Assembly: GCF_000143415.4 (NCBI RefSeq)
Contig: NW_003314313.1
Location: forward strand, 533,228 to 597,227
DNA: 64,000 nt
Source of the DNA: Selaginella moellendorffii
Lineage: Eukaryota; Plantae; Lycopodiophyta
Reading direction: 5' to 3'
Shown: positions 1 through 13,400 of the stretch, piece after piece
Numbering within the stretch: the first letter of the stretch is position 1
How the letters are laid out: the number at the start of each line of letters is the position of its first letter
Notes under the pieces: model-generated
What the model saw: the letters and a program-made list of their open reading frames with translations, nothing else
Databases searched by the model: none
Told to the model about the DNA's origin: nothing
Translations under genes and position numbers: made by a program

Positions 1-424
1 AGAGATCTCATTCCCTCTCGCAGCGAGCCGAGAACGCACCCAAACTTTAAGAGACGCATGCACGAGATGGAGCGAGAGCGAGTCTTTAGAACATAAACAG
101 GTAGCAGTAGCACCACCACCACCTAGAACATGTAATTACAAAAACGTTAGAGCATGGAATGGCGAAAGCCAAACGAAAACATAAGGAGTTCTGATCAGCA
201 AGTGAATGCTTTTCTTGCCTGGTGAGAGTCAAGTTTTTAAAAGAAAACCCTGCGGTAGAACCTGAAGCGTTTCTCGCTGCAGCTTCCCCACAGACAAAAG
301 CTAGAGTTGAGAATGCAAAGTAAAATGGAGAGAAAGAAAACAATGTACCTCTCAAACGAAGCGACTAAAGAAGACGAGGAAACCTCTTGAGATATATGAT
401 CTCCCCCCGGCTGGCCAGCTTAGC

Positions 425-1123
425 TTACATCTTCTTCCCCAGCGTGTGCTTGTTGTTGTGCATCCACACCTTGAGGACGTGACGCTTGACGCCCACCTCG
501 TTACAAAACTGCTGGACCTCGGCCTCGTCGTGCTTCTGGATCTTCCAGCCCACCTTATCCGCAAATGCCAGCATCCTCTCCTTTTGGTCTCCCGTGAACT
601 TCGTCCTAAACCTCTTTTTGAGATTAGGCCCTCCAGCGTTTGGCATGTAGACTCCTTGATCGTCCAGCTCCCCTGATCTCGACGGCAGCATGAGCCGCTT
701 CTTGTCCTTCCGGTGGTGGCACTCGAGGCAAGAGGGCTCGCCCTCCACCTCCCGCCGGTGGAAGTTGCGGTGGCAGTCACAGGCAGCGCACTTGAGAGCA
801 TCCAGCGTCCCTTCCTCTCCGCACGGCATAAATTCTCCACACCCATCCAGAGCGTGCCCGCCGATACCCGCGGCGTGGTTCTTCAAGCACTGCGTGTACC
901 TCACTGGACGCTTGCTTTTGCTGTCACCCCCTGCCGCCGCCGCCGCCGCCCCCGCCTCTCCGGAGACGACTACGACTGCAGCGCCGCTTCCCACTTGAGC
1001 CGCTGGCGTTCCATTCCCACTCGCCAGGAGCTTGAGCTTGGCTGCAGTCTCGTGTATCGCCGCGGCACTGAACTGCGCTGAAATTGGAATGGGAATGTCT
1101 TCTTCATGGCCACCCAAATCCAT
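425..1123 (-). CDS. ZF-HD zinc-finger homeodomain transcription factor (single exon; likely ATG at 1123, MDLGG...)
   Basis: Contains [25 protein letters not shown]...[14 protein letters not shown] (ZF-HD dimerisation zinc finger) and KKRFRTKFT...[13 protein letters not shown]...[10 protein letters not shown] (atypical homeodomain). Confidence 0.95.
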   Translation of the reverse strand: MDLGGHEEDIPIPISAQFSAAAIHETAAKLKLLASGNGTPAAQVGSGAAVVVVSGEAGAAAAAAGGDSKSKRPVRYTQCLKNHAAGIGGHALDGCGEFMPCGEEGTLDALKCAACDCHRNFHRREVEGEPSCLECHHRKDKKRLMLPSRSGELDDQGVYMPNAGGPNLKKRFRTKFTGDQKERMLAFADKVGWKIQKHDEAEVQQFCNEVGVKRHVLKVWMHNNKHTLGKKM

Positions 1124-2951
1124 TGCTCTCGAGAGTGGTCCTCGAGAGTGATCAGTGGCTACCTGCCTGCTGAGTCGTGCTAGCTTGGAACTTTTAAGAG
1201 ATGACTTTGCCGTCACTGAGCTACAGCCACCATCTTCTCGAGTCTATAACCTGTGCCCAAAGCTTTCCAGATTGCCTGCCTCCTGCCATCTGCTAGATCT
1301 CGTCATCCTCAAGAGCTGCTCACTACCCTCTTCCCTGCTTCGGCCCAGCTAGCTACACCGGACATTACTCCTGCCAGCACGTCTGAGCATGATCGTGGGA
1401 TTCCAGTTCGCTGCTGCTAGGCCGCCTCTTAGGAGATTTGAGAGCCAACCCAGCTTAGGATAAGCGCAGCACAGGAATTTCGATGATGAAGAGAGAGAAG
1501 AAGGGAGTGGAAGCAGACAGACAAACAGAAACTGGCACACCAGATTTTTAAAACTCTCAGGGATGAGGAGAGAAGGAAAAGAAGGGAGATTTGTTATGTA
1601 TGGAGGAGGAATGTCAAGGAAAAAAAAGAGTGGCAGGGTTTGGAAGAACTGCGAGGAGACTATCGAGCTAAAACACTGGCTAGATCACTTGAGAGAGAAA
1701 AGCGAGAGAATGAAAAAAGAAATCCACACTCCTGGTCCCCACAGCACTGACGCACAACGAGAAATCAAGCACAGCGGGAAGAGATCGATCGAAATATGGA
1801 AGAAAGCAAACGAGGAGAGATCGAGCAGCAGCAGCAATTAATATTACCGACACAGCGCTTGCGAAGTGGCGATTCGGCTCCTACCAAGCCCCGCCGGCTG
1901 CACGACGCGGGGCTAGATCGATCGATCCAGCACCGCATCACCTGGAGCAAGCGCCATCGCCGTGAAATCGAGCGCCGCCGCCGCCGCCGCCGCCTCTCCT
2001 CCTCACCGCTGCCGGAGCCTGGAACTCGAAATAAAAATCCCCAAGAGCTTTCACATGCAATGAAAACTCTCTCCAAAGCTTTCGGTGCTCTCACTCTTTC
2101 ACACACGCTCGAAGAACACACGAGAGACACTAACTAGACTCCATTGCCCTTTATTTTCCCGCCTCGGTGGCCCCATCCTGGCCGTCGATGCCCTCCATCC
2201 GACGGCCACGCTGAAACCCACGATATGAGAGGGCGCTTTCACACTGGGGAAAATCAAATTTCCGGGATTTTTCCCGGGTAGTTTATTGGTCCCAGTGTTT
2301 TTGAACAAGAGTAAAAAAACTTTTTTAATGCGGGAAAATTGTTTTTAAACTGTTTCACGACTGACACCAACAGTCTGGCGCCTGGGCGGATCGCAGCCGT
2401 TGAGTGTGAGAACGGGCGACGGCGATGATGCCACGTGGGAGTTTAATTTGAAACTTTGTCCAAGTAGTACTTTTTGGTGGCAGACATCAGTTTGTGGTAA
2501 GGCTTGCAGAACTTACACTGAGGCTATTTTTTGTTTTACAGCTATCTCATCACAGTGTTTCTACCAGGCATGGGCTTTGTCTTTGACAATAATTCACTGA
2601 AAAGGAGCAATTTGGGACCACAAACAATGCATTTGCAGTATCAGATTAGTTTAAAATAATTAGGAAAATATACTTTAATTAAATACCTGTTTGCAGTACA
2701 TTTCTTAGTTATAATACATGTTTTGGGTTGTCATCATGGAGGCTTAGGCTGGATAAGCTTGGATTGTTTTAGAGGTCACCTTAGAAGCTATGACAACAAG
2801 AGATACTAAAATCTGTAGCTTTAGTTAATCAAAATAATTACTCAATCTAGTAAAGAGATTTTCAATCTAGTAAAGGAACTAATATTAGGGCTTACAGACA
2901 CCAAAATAACGAATATTCTATCTAGGGCATATTCAGCGGCATCGTCTGGCT

Positions 2952-4604
2952 ATGGCGCCCCACGCTCTCGACTCCATTCCTACAATCGGTACGCTCCCAA
3001 ATTCCTCTCGCGCGCGCAAGATTTCCATCTATCACGCTTGCGTTTTTCCAGATGTGGAGCCACTGGTGAGGCGATTCGATGATCCCGGCCTTGGCGCTTT
3101 TCCGGATGTGAGAGACGTGATCGAGCAGCTCGATCACGCTTGCAGGAACATTGGGTTCTTCTACGCGGTACGATTTAGACTCTCGCGATCGATCGATCGA
3201 TCTACTTTCACGGAATTCAAGCAAATTTCTCGCTCCTTTTTTCTTTCAGGCAGGCCATGGCGTCTCTCGAGAGCTTATGGACGATGTCCGGAGTTTAAGC
3301 CACGAATTTTTCAAGCTTCCAGACTGTGACAAAATGCGAATCAAGATGACTCCTTCGAGCGGCTATCGGTAAAGAGCTAGAAATCCTCGTTCTTAGTTTT
3401 TTTTTTTTCAACCAGGGGATACCAAAAGCTTGGAGAAAACGTATCGTATGGCATGCACGACTGTCACGAAGCCATTGATGTAAGGTTTCCATTGAAGTTG
3501 ACGAAGCTTTCATGCTCGGGGAAATTTCTCCTTTGGCAGTACTTTCGAGAACTTGGACCAGAGATCCAGGATCTAGAACTCGCAAAAACGGTGATGGGTC
3601 CAAACCAATGGTAAACACCAAGGTAGAAAGCTCCAGCAGCAGTTAATCTTGGTTTCATTTCGTTCTCTTCTCGCAGGCCAGAGAATCCAAAGCGTTTTCG
3701 TGCAGTGATGGAGGATTACGTTGATCAATTGCGAGGTAAACAGTTTCTTTCTGGCAAAAAGTTTATTTTCTCTCGTTTTTGTTTTTCTTTGTAGGATTGT
3801 CAAAGGCGATATTGCGAGGGGTAGCACTGGCTTTGGGTGGCGAAGCTGACACTTTTGAGGGCTCCAGAGCTGGGGATCCATTCTGGATACTGCGAGTCAT
3901 TGGTTATCCACCGAAAGATTCACTGGAGAGTCCAGAAAGTTTTGGAATAGGATGGTAAGTTCTCCTTCGTTTTCCGACCAAAGAAAAGTATTAACTGTTG
4001 GGAGTTCTTTGTTTCTAGTGGTGAACATACTGACTACGGTGAGATTTGGATCGATATCAATTGGTCTTTTTTTGAGTTCTTTGTTCTTACAGGTCTGCTC
4101 ACTCTTGTCAATCAAGATCCTGAAATTCCTGCTCTACAGGTAAGAATGTTGGCTTGATTTTGTTAAGTTTCTTATGTTGATCCGTGCTTAAAGGTGAAGA
4201 ACTGCTCAGGAAAGTGGCTGTGGGCGGATCCTGTGCCAGGAACGTTTGTTGTCAACATTGGTGACATGCTAAAAGTACGTCCTCGCAAAATAATCTTCCA
4301 GGCTCCTCTCAAAAAACTTCTTTTTAATTTGCTGTGGGGGATTTTAGATCTGGAGCAATGGAACATATCAGCCTACTCTTCACAGAGTGCTCAACAGTGC
4401 CATGGATTTCAGAGTTTCTGTGCCATTCTTCTACGAGGTTAAAGTTTTTGGTGTGTACTTTTGACAAACTTTTTTCTTTTCCAGCCAAATTTCGATACAA
4501 AGGTGGAGCCTTTAAGTTTTTGTCTTGGAAACTCTAAGGAGGAGGAGAAGCCAGTCGTCTACGGTGAACATCTCGTGAAAAAAGTCCTCACAAACTTTGC
4601 TTGA
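2952..4604 (+). CDS. 2-oxoglutarate/Fe(II)-dependent dioxygenase (DIN11/At3g50210-like), about 11 short exons
   Basis: Spliced by eye over GT-AG introns: IPTIDVEPL...ACRNIGFFY..GHGV...GYRGYQKLGENV...GPNQW...GEHTDYGLLTLVNQD...FVVNIGDMLKIWSNG.Y.PTLHRV...RVSVPFFYEPNFD; has the HxD...H and RxS motifs. Confidence 0.92.
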
Positions 4605-4677
4605 GAAAGCTGGGGTTTTTGTCCCTCCGATTGATCCAAAGCTCCCTCGATCTTGCCACAGAAAATTCGATCCCAAA

Positions 4678-5157
4678 TCAGTAGAAGTATCCCAAAATCC
4701 GGCCACCAAGGTTCTTTTTCTTGGCTTCTCGGTGATCCATGACACCCAGGAAATTCGTGATCACAAGGTGACCAACCTTCCAAGAACAAAAAAGGATTTT
4801 AGCATAAAGAAAATTCATACTTCTTATTCTACCTCTGGAGCTGGGAGAATTTGTCTCGCCCACGCATCGATCCTGCGCGACTTCGTATCAAATCGCTGCG
4901 ACAGCAGCACGCATTTCTTGAGCTTGTCCGTGATCTCGACGGTGATGTGCCCTGGAGTGTGTCCGCCGTGCCTCTGGAAATTTTCCACAAACCCTGCTTC
5001 GACATGGAAACACTCCAATCACCCAAAGCGATCCGATCCCCATACCTTGCTTCTTCATCACCTCCAGGAACCTCAGTACCAGATTGGACGACGGCCTGAT
5101 CACCGCATTCTTCCTGCCCAGCCGCGCAGCATCGTTGAGCGAGCTCAACCTCACCAT
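4678..5157 (-). CDS. RPS15A: Divergent 40S ribosomal protein S15a (uS8) family protein, 3 exons
   Basis: Spliced product MVRLSSLNDA...IRPSSNLVLRFLEVMKKQG|FVENFQ...HITVEITDKLKKCVLLSQRFD...WARQILPAPE|VGHLVITNFLGVMDHREAKKKNLGGRILGYFY*; two canonical GT-AG introns. Confidence 0.85.
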
Positions 5158-5389
5158 GGCCCTGAAACCCTAAGAGTTTATTATTAACAACAATAAAATA
5201 ATTTGGCAAGAGTCTATACAATACTATTAGTTTTATAAATTATATTAATAATTTATAAACAATGTTTATTAGATGTATAATATCTTAAAATATTCAAATT
5301 ACATAATCTTTCAAACTCTAGACAGTGAAACTTAATAGTTTTCTCAAACCGCAGGCTTACTATGCAACATAATCGAGGAGCAAGTACAG

Positions 5390-5675
5390 CTGGTGGGGAT
5401 CTCTAATCTTGGAGCTCTGCTCATGCACACTCCAATACAAGCTAAAGAGGCTTGCGAGTATATTTGTCACCGGATGTTCTTGGCCAAGCAACTACACTCA
5501 AGATGTGGTTTCTGTGGGGCCTCGAGCTCATTCTCTATGAGCTTGTCCGGGAAGTGTTCCGTTCTCAGAATACCTTAGACAGCGTGGGTGTGTCGAGGGA
5601 GGCTCAGGGTTTGATCATTTGGATGTTGGAGGTTGATCCGGGCAAGAGGCTGACTGTGGAGCAACTGCTTATCGT
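5390..5675 (+). pseudogene. Ser/Thr protein kinase C-lobe fragment (subdomains VIII-XI), degenerate
   Basis: YLSPDVL...W..G..ILYEL...VSREAQGLIIWMLEVDPGKRLTVEQLL; no N-lobe, and a frameshift near the activation segment. Confidence 0.55.
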
Positions 5676-5919
5676 AAGAACACTAGCGAGCAGCCTACCA
5701 ACCTTGCAGGATTATGTAAGACCAATCACAAAGAAATTATTTCTAAATTATGAAATCCCCATATAAAATCAAAGATGTTCAATTGCCATTTGGTTTTATC
5801 ACGAAGTTTTGTTTCCCGTTGCTATTCATGTAGCAAAATGTCAGAATCAGCTTGACTTGTATGAACAAAACATACATATGATTATTTATCGTGGCAAGTT
5901 GCAGAACACCTTGTGTCAC

Positions 5920-6135
5920 TTGTGTGCAGCAAATGCCGAGTCAAGGCATTCCAGGGAATCTAAAGAATATGTAATGTTGATCACTTTTGAGTTTCAAAAT
6001 TGCTGATTACGCCTTTCGCTTTTGTGGCCTGCCTGCCTCGAGTCGGCAATCTCCATAATCAAAGAGAATGCAATGGCAGCGGAAAACGGGCGTTGCTTCC
6101 ACTTCTTTCTCAGTATGGCATGGTGTCTAAATCAG
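5920..6135 (+). repeat. Inverted partial paralog of the 7181-7830 membrane-protein locus
   Basis: AGGGAATCTAAAGAATAT and LESAISIIKENA..AENGRCFHFFL..AWCL match the reverse complement of ~7490-7830. Confidence 0.7.
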
Positions 6136-7180
6136 GCTACTGAGCATCCACGCTTCTGGCAATCCTTCCATAGCAAAGGAACATCTCCATCAAGAAAAAG
6201 TGAAGAGAAAACTTCCCAAGCTCGAAATGAACTATACAAGTTTTTAAATACCTGGAACCACACCAGCAAAAATGCCGTCGTCGTCCCCAACGTGAGCAAA
6301 ATCCGCGAACAACTGCAAATCGAGCTCACATCCACGGATCATCTGGGTGATATGCCAAGAACTTGGCTGTTTTGGATGCACCTATACAGGCAAGAACAAA
6401 ATCTAGAGAAAAAACGAAGAAGAAAGATAATCTTACCAGTTGACTTTGAGGCCCTTGCGGGAGAATCCATGGCGGCCTCTACTCCAATCGGCAGAGCACC
6501 ACTGCGCCAGGGCTTGTAAGCGTGATGCGTGGAGTGGCCTTTGGAGAGTGGACAAGGTCAAGGCGCTGGAGGCTGTCAGGAGGAGGAGAGAAAGCACCAC
6601 CGTGATCTATGCCCAACGGCGCCGCTGGTGGCGCCGCCGCCCACTCGTGGTGTTGCTGCAGCCCACGAACTATCTATCTATCTCTCTTCTGTTTCTACAT
6701 CGAGAAGCATGAGACATTATGTAATGCAAGGCATGCAGTTTCAAAATTTCCACCTCCTCACCATCTTCCTCCCTCCGCCCCTGCTATCAATTCTTGACTT
6801 GGCACCATGCCAGTCGTGACTTTCACTCGCTTTGATGAGATCAGACGCCGTCGGAGGAGTTTTCCACGCCACTCGAGTCCGCGTCACTCCAAAGACGCGA
6901 AGCCAAGGAGGGCGACGCTCCTCAAGCGCGGGCACAGCCAGGCAAGCTCGTCAGCGGTGGCGGACGATCACGGCCCCGATTCCACCTGGGTGGACGTGAA
7001 GGAGAAGCGGAGAAAGGACAAGAAATCCAAGAGCAAGAAGAATCCTCCAACGCAGGGAGAGACAGCGACTTGCTAGTTAGAACAAACAAAAGCTTTTGGA
7101 TGTTTTACCACAAGAAATGAAATTCTTTTACACTTTTTGTAGGCGATTACCACACGAAATGGAATTCTTGTGTTCTTTCT

Positions 7181-7771
7181 TCACTTTTTGTATAGACTGT
7201 ACCCATACCCATTAGCAAGAAAGATGATGGCGAAAATAGTTCCTCTCAGTGGAATCCTTTGGAACAACTTTTTCAAGGAAGTAACGAAGATTAGAATTCC
7301 AAGAAGTAAAAATGCACCCACGGTTGACCACGTTGCGATCATGTTGCTAACGTCGTAGACAATGTAGAGGAGGCTGAAAAAGAGTGGTGTCATCATCACG
7401 GACAAGCTCATAAAGAAGATCATCCAAATAGAGATCATGAGCTTTTTGACCTCAGAAGTGTTTCCTTGTTCATTCTCACCGATCGCTATTAGACACCATG
7501 CTAATCCAATCACTGAGATGGCTGCAGCGAGAAGAAAGTGGAAGCAGCGCCCCTTTTCCACTGGCGTTGCATCTTCTTTGATGAGGGAGATTCCAGATTG
7601 GAGGCATGTAGAAGCCACAAAAGTGAAAGGCGTAATCAGCACTTCGACAAGCCTCAATGCTTCTCTGCCAGGGCTAGCATTAGCTTCTGCAATCCTTCCC
7701 ACTTCTTCCATGAAGCTCCCCTTCAAGCTGCCGATTTTGTCGAGGGGGGTGATAAGAGCGTCACCCAGCAA
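7181..7771 (-). CDS. Orphan multi-pass membrane protein ORF (start uncertain)
   Basis: 196-aa ORF with about 4-5 hydrophobic stretches; homologous fragments at ~6.0 kb and ~31.4 kb. Confidence 0.4.
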   Translation of the reverse strand: MLGDALITPLDKIGSLKGSFMEEVGRIAEANASPGREALRLVEVLITPFTFVASTCLQSGISLIKEDATPVEKGRCFHFLLAAAISVIGLAWCLIAIGENEQGNTSEVKKLMISIWMIFFMSLSVMMTPLFFSLLYIVYDVSNMIATWSTVGAFLLLGILIFVTSLKKLFQRIPLRGTIFAIIFLANGYGYSLYKK

Positions 7772-8639
7772 TATTCTTTAGATTCCCTAGAATATCTTGA
7801 CTTGGCATCTGCTGACACAGCAAGCCTATGAGTTTGTCAAATTATAAAAAGAAAACCTAAGATTAACTTTAAAATATTGAAATATATAAGTACCTAAGTC
7901 AAAGTTTCTAAATTTTATGATTTCTAAAGCTATATTGCTTTACTATAAACTGCAACATTCTAAAAAAACGTAAATGTGAATCGGATAAAATAAGCTCAAA
8001 CATTTTGATAGTTAGCCATTATTAATGTATTTTGGCAAAAGATTTCTCTTAAGTGCCACCTATGTAGATGCTTGGAGCATGTGGTAAACTCACCACCCTA
8101 TGCTCCACTACAAGTGCCACTGACGGGAGTGTTGTTTTATAGATGTTATAAATTTGACACTACATTATTTTGTGTAAGTCACTAAAAAGAACAATTTGAA
8201 AAACAATTTATTATGGTTCAAAATATGAAGGGAAGGTGTTCATAAATAAAAATGCATTTTTTTTTATTCAGTTAAAGGTGCCCCACCTAGGCATATGCAT
8301 CTAGCAGAGGTCTTAAAAATTTTAGGATTACATGTTTTTTGAGTTTAAATAGTATTAAGCTTTATGTCCTTTTAGGAATTTTGATTTCATGAGTTTATAT
8401 TTGGTATTAAAGAGGTCTCAAATTTGACTATATTAGTTGGTTAGAAGAATCATTAATATTGATATCTAGCAATTTAATTTTTTTTGGTTGGGTTAGATTT
8501 AAGAAGTAGGGTGTTTAGAGAGTTGAGAGCCCTCTTAACTTCCATTCATGCCCTCAAACAATTGTAGTTCAAATATAAAGAGAAAGGGTTTATGAATAAA
8601 AATAGTGATTAATTTTTCCATTCTACTTTAGTCATTTAA

Positions 8640-9788
8640 CCACACCTTCAACCACTTGGAGGAGTCTTATTTACAACCTCCATAAGTCCAATTCAGGATT
8701 TTGGGGCTTGCTAGCCCCGAGAATGGCATCCATGCCACTTGACTTTTGCACTTGGTCCAAGTGCTCCACGTGTTCGATCCCATAACCGGCACTCAAAGGT
8801 ACCACCGACATATTAGCCCGTTACTCTAAGACCATGCTCAATCACCTTTGCCATATTAGTGGTCCAATACCACATGTATCATAGTCCTGTCTCTTTAAGA
8901 CTTGGCCATCTATCCATGAGTGATCATCGTATATCCACTCTTTAACATCTTTAGGATGCCCACAGATATGGAGAACAATCTTCCCCAATATCCCTGTTTT
9001 AGTCCCCACTAAATCCCTTTTTGCCCATGGCCGTGTTTCTGCCATTAAAACAAGGCTTGTAAGCCCGACCTCTAAGTCCCATTGTCCTCTAGGGATTCCT
9101 CACTGTGTGACCATATCTTTAGTCACTGCACTAAAGGACTACTCCTCTTTTTTTCACAGTCTGGGACTTTGGGACAACATTTCGGAACACCATGGCCTTA
9201 CACAAGCCTCATGGGTACTCTCCCCACCTTCCACCTTTGGATGCTCTAGCCATGGGCTTAGAGCGAGGTTCTGTTGAGCCATACTAAGTATCCAAGTAGG
9301 TAGTGCCACTCACACTTGAACTGGGAGCATTGACCATTCAATCTCCCAGGGGAACTAGAGCTGGCTCTTGAACACCTCATTAAGTTACCCCATTTGATAC
9401 TCCGTATTCACTCTAGCCTTAGACTTCCTAGTGGTTATCCTATCACCCAACACTTGGGTACATCCTTCCTAGGCCAAACTAGCTCCAAATTGGCTCCACT
9501 AGGTCCAACTCCACACTCTCCCTACTATACTTTTGGAACCCCCTATAGGCTCCCCCCCCCCAAGGGAACGATTGCTTTGGGCTTTCACCCAATAGCCTGT
9601 ATTAGTATTCGAACTTGGACTTGGACTCGGACTGGGTCTCAGTTTCGGTCTTGATTCCATCTCGGACTCCATCTCAAGTCCATCTCAGATTCCATCTCAG
9701 ACTCTATCTCAGATCCATCTCGGACTCCATTTCGGACTCCATCTCAGATCCATTTTGGACTCCATCTCGGACTCCATCTTGGGTCTAT
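8640..9788. mobile_element. Decayed repeat family (host of the TIR transposon); continues at 22149-22411 and after 28593, with related copies near 32.7-34.9 kb and 36.0-38.4 kb
   Basis: Segments such as GTAGTGCCACTCA..TGGGA.CATTGA.CATT recur at ~9300, ~33540 and ~36620, each followed by 12-mer repeats. Confidence 0.6.
9612..9788 (+). repeat. 12-bp minisatellite (GGACTCCATCTC)n, left half; right half at 22149-22278
   Basis: Tandem GGACTCCATCTC variants on both sides of the transposon; removing the element restores the array phase. Confidence 0.85.
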
Positions 9789-10477
9789 AAGCTCTATTTC
9801 GTTAAAGTGGGATTTATTCAGTAAAATGGGACTAGGTACAAATTTTCAAGTATTTGAAAATGACGTGAAATTATATGTTTTTTGTCCAGGGGCTAGACAT
9901 ATCTAGGGCATGGTGACTAGCGCGGTGACTTTGTGTCCAGACTGAGTCCATTTGGTTGTATAATAAATCTCATTGTCAAGGTGAACAAGCCGAATCTGAA
10001 GCTAAAGAAGAGCGATGGCATGCGCGCACACACTATTTGTTTGTTCATTGAGCATGTGGTGAGCTTTCCAAGATGAACGTCATTCCTATTAGCCAGACAT
10101 ATAACTTAATGGTGAGAACATTTAGATATTATTCAATGTTATCTTTTTCTAACGAATCTAATTGTGAAGGTGTAGCAAGAGGCATTGCTAGTCTGGAGAA
10201 GTCATTTAACTCATTTGACCCTTAGTGTATTTTCATGAAACTAAATAACATTCATATTATTAAGGAATTTCTCTAGTACCTTTTTTTTACGACATAGAGG
10301 CTTGCATTTCTTTCAAAGGTGATTTAGTAAAAGGCCTGAGGGCACATGCCATTCTATTTCTCAGACCGGTATTAAGATATACTAGTGCAAAGGGCCACAT
10401 GCCATCACGCCTCCTCTGATTCAGATTCGGATTGTTCACCTTGAAATAAAATACATTAGAAACTTAGTAAAGGAATA

Positions 10478-13400
10478 TTAATGAATCTCACCTTGAACCC
10501 GGGTTATGAATGCTCTTGCTGCATCTCTTGCATGGTCTGGCAAGGTGATGGTGGCACTCTGCTTCCGCATCCAACCATGCACAACATTATCCACCGATAT
10601 GCTCATGCTGGGATCCCTTGGATTCAGCACCCATCTCTTTTCTAGGCAATCCTTCGTATATCCGGAACTTGGCTTGAACCACTCCACAGTTACATTGAAG
10701 GAGTTAGTTTCCGCGTCCTCCTCTGCATCAATGATGCAGCGCCCCACCCATATCATTTGTTTTTTATTACTGGGTCTGACAAGCACGACCATTCCTTTGC
10801 AGACCTGTACTGGATTGAATGCTGAATCCGGCTTCTTGTTCCTCAGCCCACAATAGTGATCCTCAACATCGTTATCTGTCACTGCATTTCCAGAGGACAT
10901 TGTTCCGCTACTATCTGGTGCTCTGGGTTCTGGCCAAAAGGACTCTTCCAATTCTTCATATACAACCGGCCCATTTTGGATAGCAGATATAATCTTCTCC
11001 CAGTATTCGAGCAAAGGCTTGCACCTCTTAAAATAGGATTCTCCACCAAACACCAACCCCCTCTTCCAGAAGGCAATATGCTGTCTAATCCCGGCCACTA
11101 TACTTTCCTGGTCTTTGAGTCCATCCGGGTGCATCGGCCGTGGGGAACCCTGAGGAATCATAGGTTCCCCAGTTATGGGATCTCTCTTGAAGAGTTCAAT
11201 GCCGTCCACTGGCAGCCACACTATGTCCCATTCTCTCATCTTGTACCTCATCACTGGAGCACCGTCACGCATGCTGAAATGAAACTGAAGAGGCTTGGAG
11301 TGGCCAATCAGCGTTTCGGATCCGTCCCTGATGTAGCCTCTTACAAACCCCTTAAAGTCTGGAACCTCTATCACAAGTGCAGCTTCAACAGTGCCTTTGA
11401 TGCAATTTTGGAATTCATCGTAGAGTTGTGGGAGGGTGAGGACATTGGATCGCCGGAGGGACTCTGCCAGGTGACTGAACATGGCATCGACGTCTTCATG
11501 AGTGTGCCCAACTATGAGAAAGCCAAGTGTAACTGTTTCAAATATGCCTTTGGCAACAAGCATCGCCAAGTACGCGAAGACGTACATGTTTTTGTTCTCA
11601 CTGCCAGCATTGTCTGTTTGGAGCAGAAGATGGGGTGGAAGGCCACATCGGCCGCAAGAACTTCCTTGAGATTCTGCTTCGTTTGGATGAGGCTGTCCAT
11701 TCACCGGGCGACCAGCCTCGTCGGAATGGCATGAGGCCTCACGTGATAACCCTACAATTTGACGGCCAACATATTCACTGGGATGGCATGGGGCCCCACG
11801 CGATACTGCAAGCCTTTGCTCCTCCTCCAGCTGAACCCTGTATGGGGTTCGATCGACAAGGGCCTTATGCAAGGGTTGGCCGTTCAACTCAGTCTGCGCA
11901 CTTTGTAGAGACCTTAAGTGTTTTGCTAGGGATGCAATCATCATGTTTGCACCCCCGCCACCCCATAGAGGTACAAAGAAGTTCCCATAGTTCTGGGCAC
12001 CATGCCCATGAGCGATTATGCCAAACAGAGACACAGGCAGCTGCATGGATGAAGAGATTGCCTTGGGGGCAGGATTGAGTCGAGGTAAACACGTCTTTTT
12101 CTGGTCCATTTTGTCGTGGATGATGCAGAGGTAAGAGTCAGGTCTCTCCATGGAGAGAATCCTGTTATGATAATATGCAGTCCTGCAACTTCTGTGCTCG
12201 ATGTTGTGGTCGAGCCGCCTTCTAACCAACGTCTCTCGCTCTTGAGCGCTGCAAGAATTCTTCGACAAAGCCATTTTGATAGCAGTGCACTCGTCACACT
12301 TTGAAAAGCTGGAGTACTTTCCTATACTCACATCCCTGAATCTGTTGCTCCACAATCTACTAAATCTAGATTGGCTCAGCTTCCTGTAGCCATTACTCTG
12401 GAGTTCCCGATTCACATCTTCCAATATGGCCCCCTTGGTATACATGGAAGGGAGAACTCGTTGGGTGTCTCGTGTTCCATCTTCCAAGAGGCAGGTTTTA
12501 TGTGGTTGCTGCTCGCTACATGTCTCGACAAACCTCTTGAAGATTGCCTCTCCATATACAACATGACCCCTGGTTTTGTGCGTACCGTCGTTCCCATGGA
12601 CTGCCTGTTGAACCCTTTGTTCCTCGAACTCAGTTTTGATTCTGTAGAATGTGCTTCGAGGGACTCCATAAATGATTCTCCATGCCTTCATGCAGACCAA
12701 ACCCCTCTGGAAGACCATGCCCCCCACCTGATGTTCTGAAGCATCAACAGATGACCGTAATGCCTCATACACAAAATTGCGAGCTGCCTTCCAGGACAAT
12801 GTCTTGTATCTTGCTCTCTCCTCTTCAATAGCATCCCAATCAGCATGTTGACAGCACCTCCTCTTGCAACAAGCAACTGTCGAGACCATTCGAACCTCCA
12901 TCGCCATTTTCTGCCTTTTCGGTTCGTTGCTCAGATCCCTTTGGCTGCGCTGTAGGAAGGTGTACTTTCTTTTCCCATGAAGAGATGTTCTGTCATCAGT
13001 TGTAGTGGTGTTTGATTGTGAATCCTTCACATTCTCAAACACTAAATGCCTCAATTTCCACCGCACAATGCTTCCAATAGTCAGACTGTTTTCTTCTGTG
13101 TCAACAACCTCTAAAATCGCAACTCCAATATCATCCCAGCCCAATTCTTGATTAGCAACCGCCTCTCTTGGATCGACAACTGTGGCTAAGCCCTCAGCTA
13201 CCACCTCCCCCTTGGGGTTGTTTAGAAACACCTTTGCCTGAATCCATGTAGCACGGTTCTTAAGATCCACGGAGGGAACATGCGTCGCACTTGCGCTGTC
13301 CCCAACATCTGCTTTCTTCTGCAGATTTTTCAAGGCAACAACAACATTTACCCCGACGACCATCTCTCCTCGTTCAATAGCGACCACATTCCCATCGAAG

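Noticed and set aside
1563-2137. Arg-rich ORFs upstream of the ZF-HD gene
   Set aside because: They arise from GA- and CGC-rich low-complexity promoter/UTR sequence
8105-8120. CACTACAAG, a possible CACTA terminus
   Set aside because: No convincing partner TIR with a 3-bp TSD was found
8722-8740. ATGGCATCCATGCCAC outside the transposon resembles the palindrome
   Set aside because: It lacks the 6-bp spacer and is probably coincidental
10856-11734. 292-aa plus-strand ORF and other antisense ORFs over the transposase, alpha-COP, PPR and sigma genes
   Set aside because: Shadow ORFs of real coding sequence with no recognisable motifs
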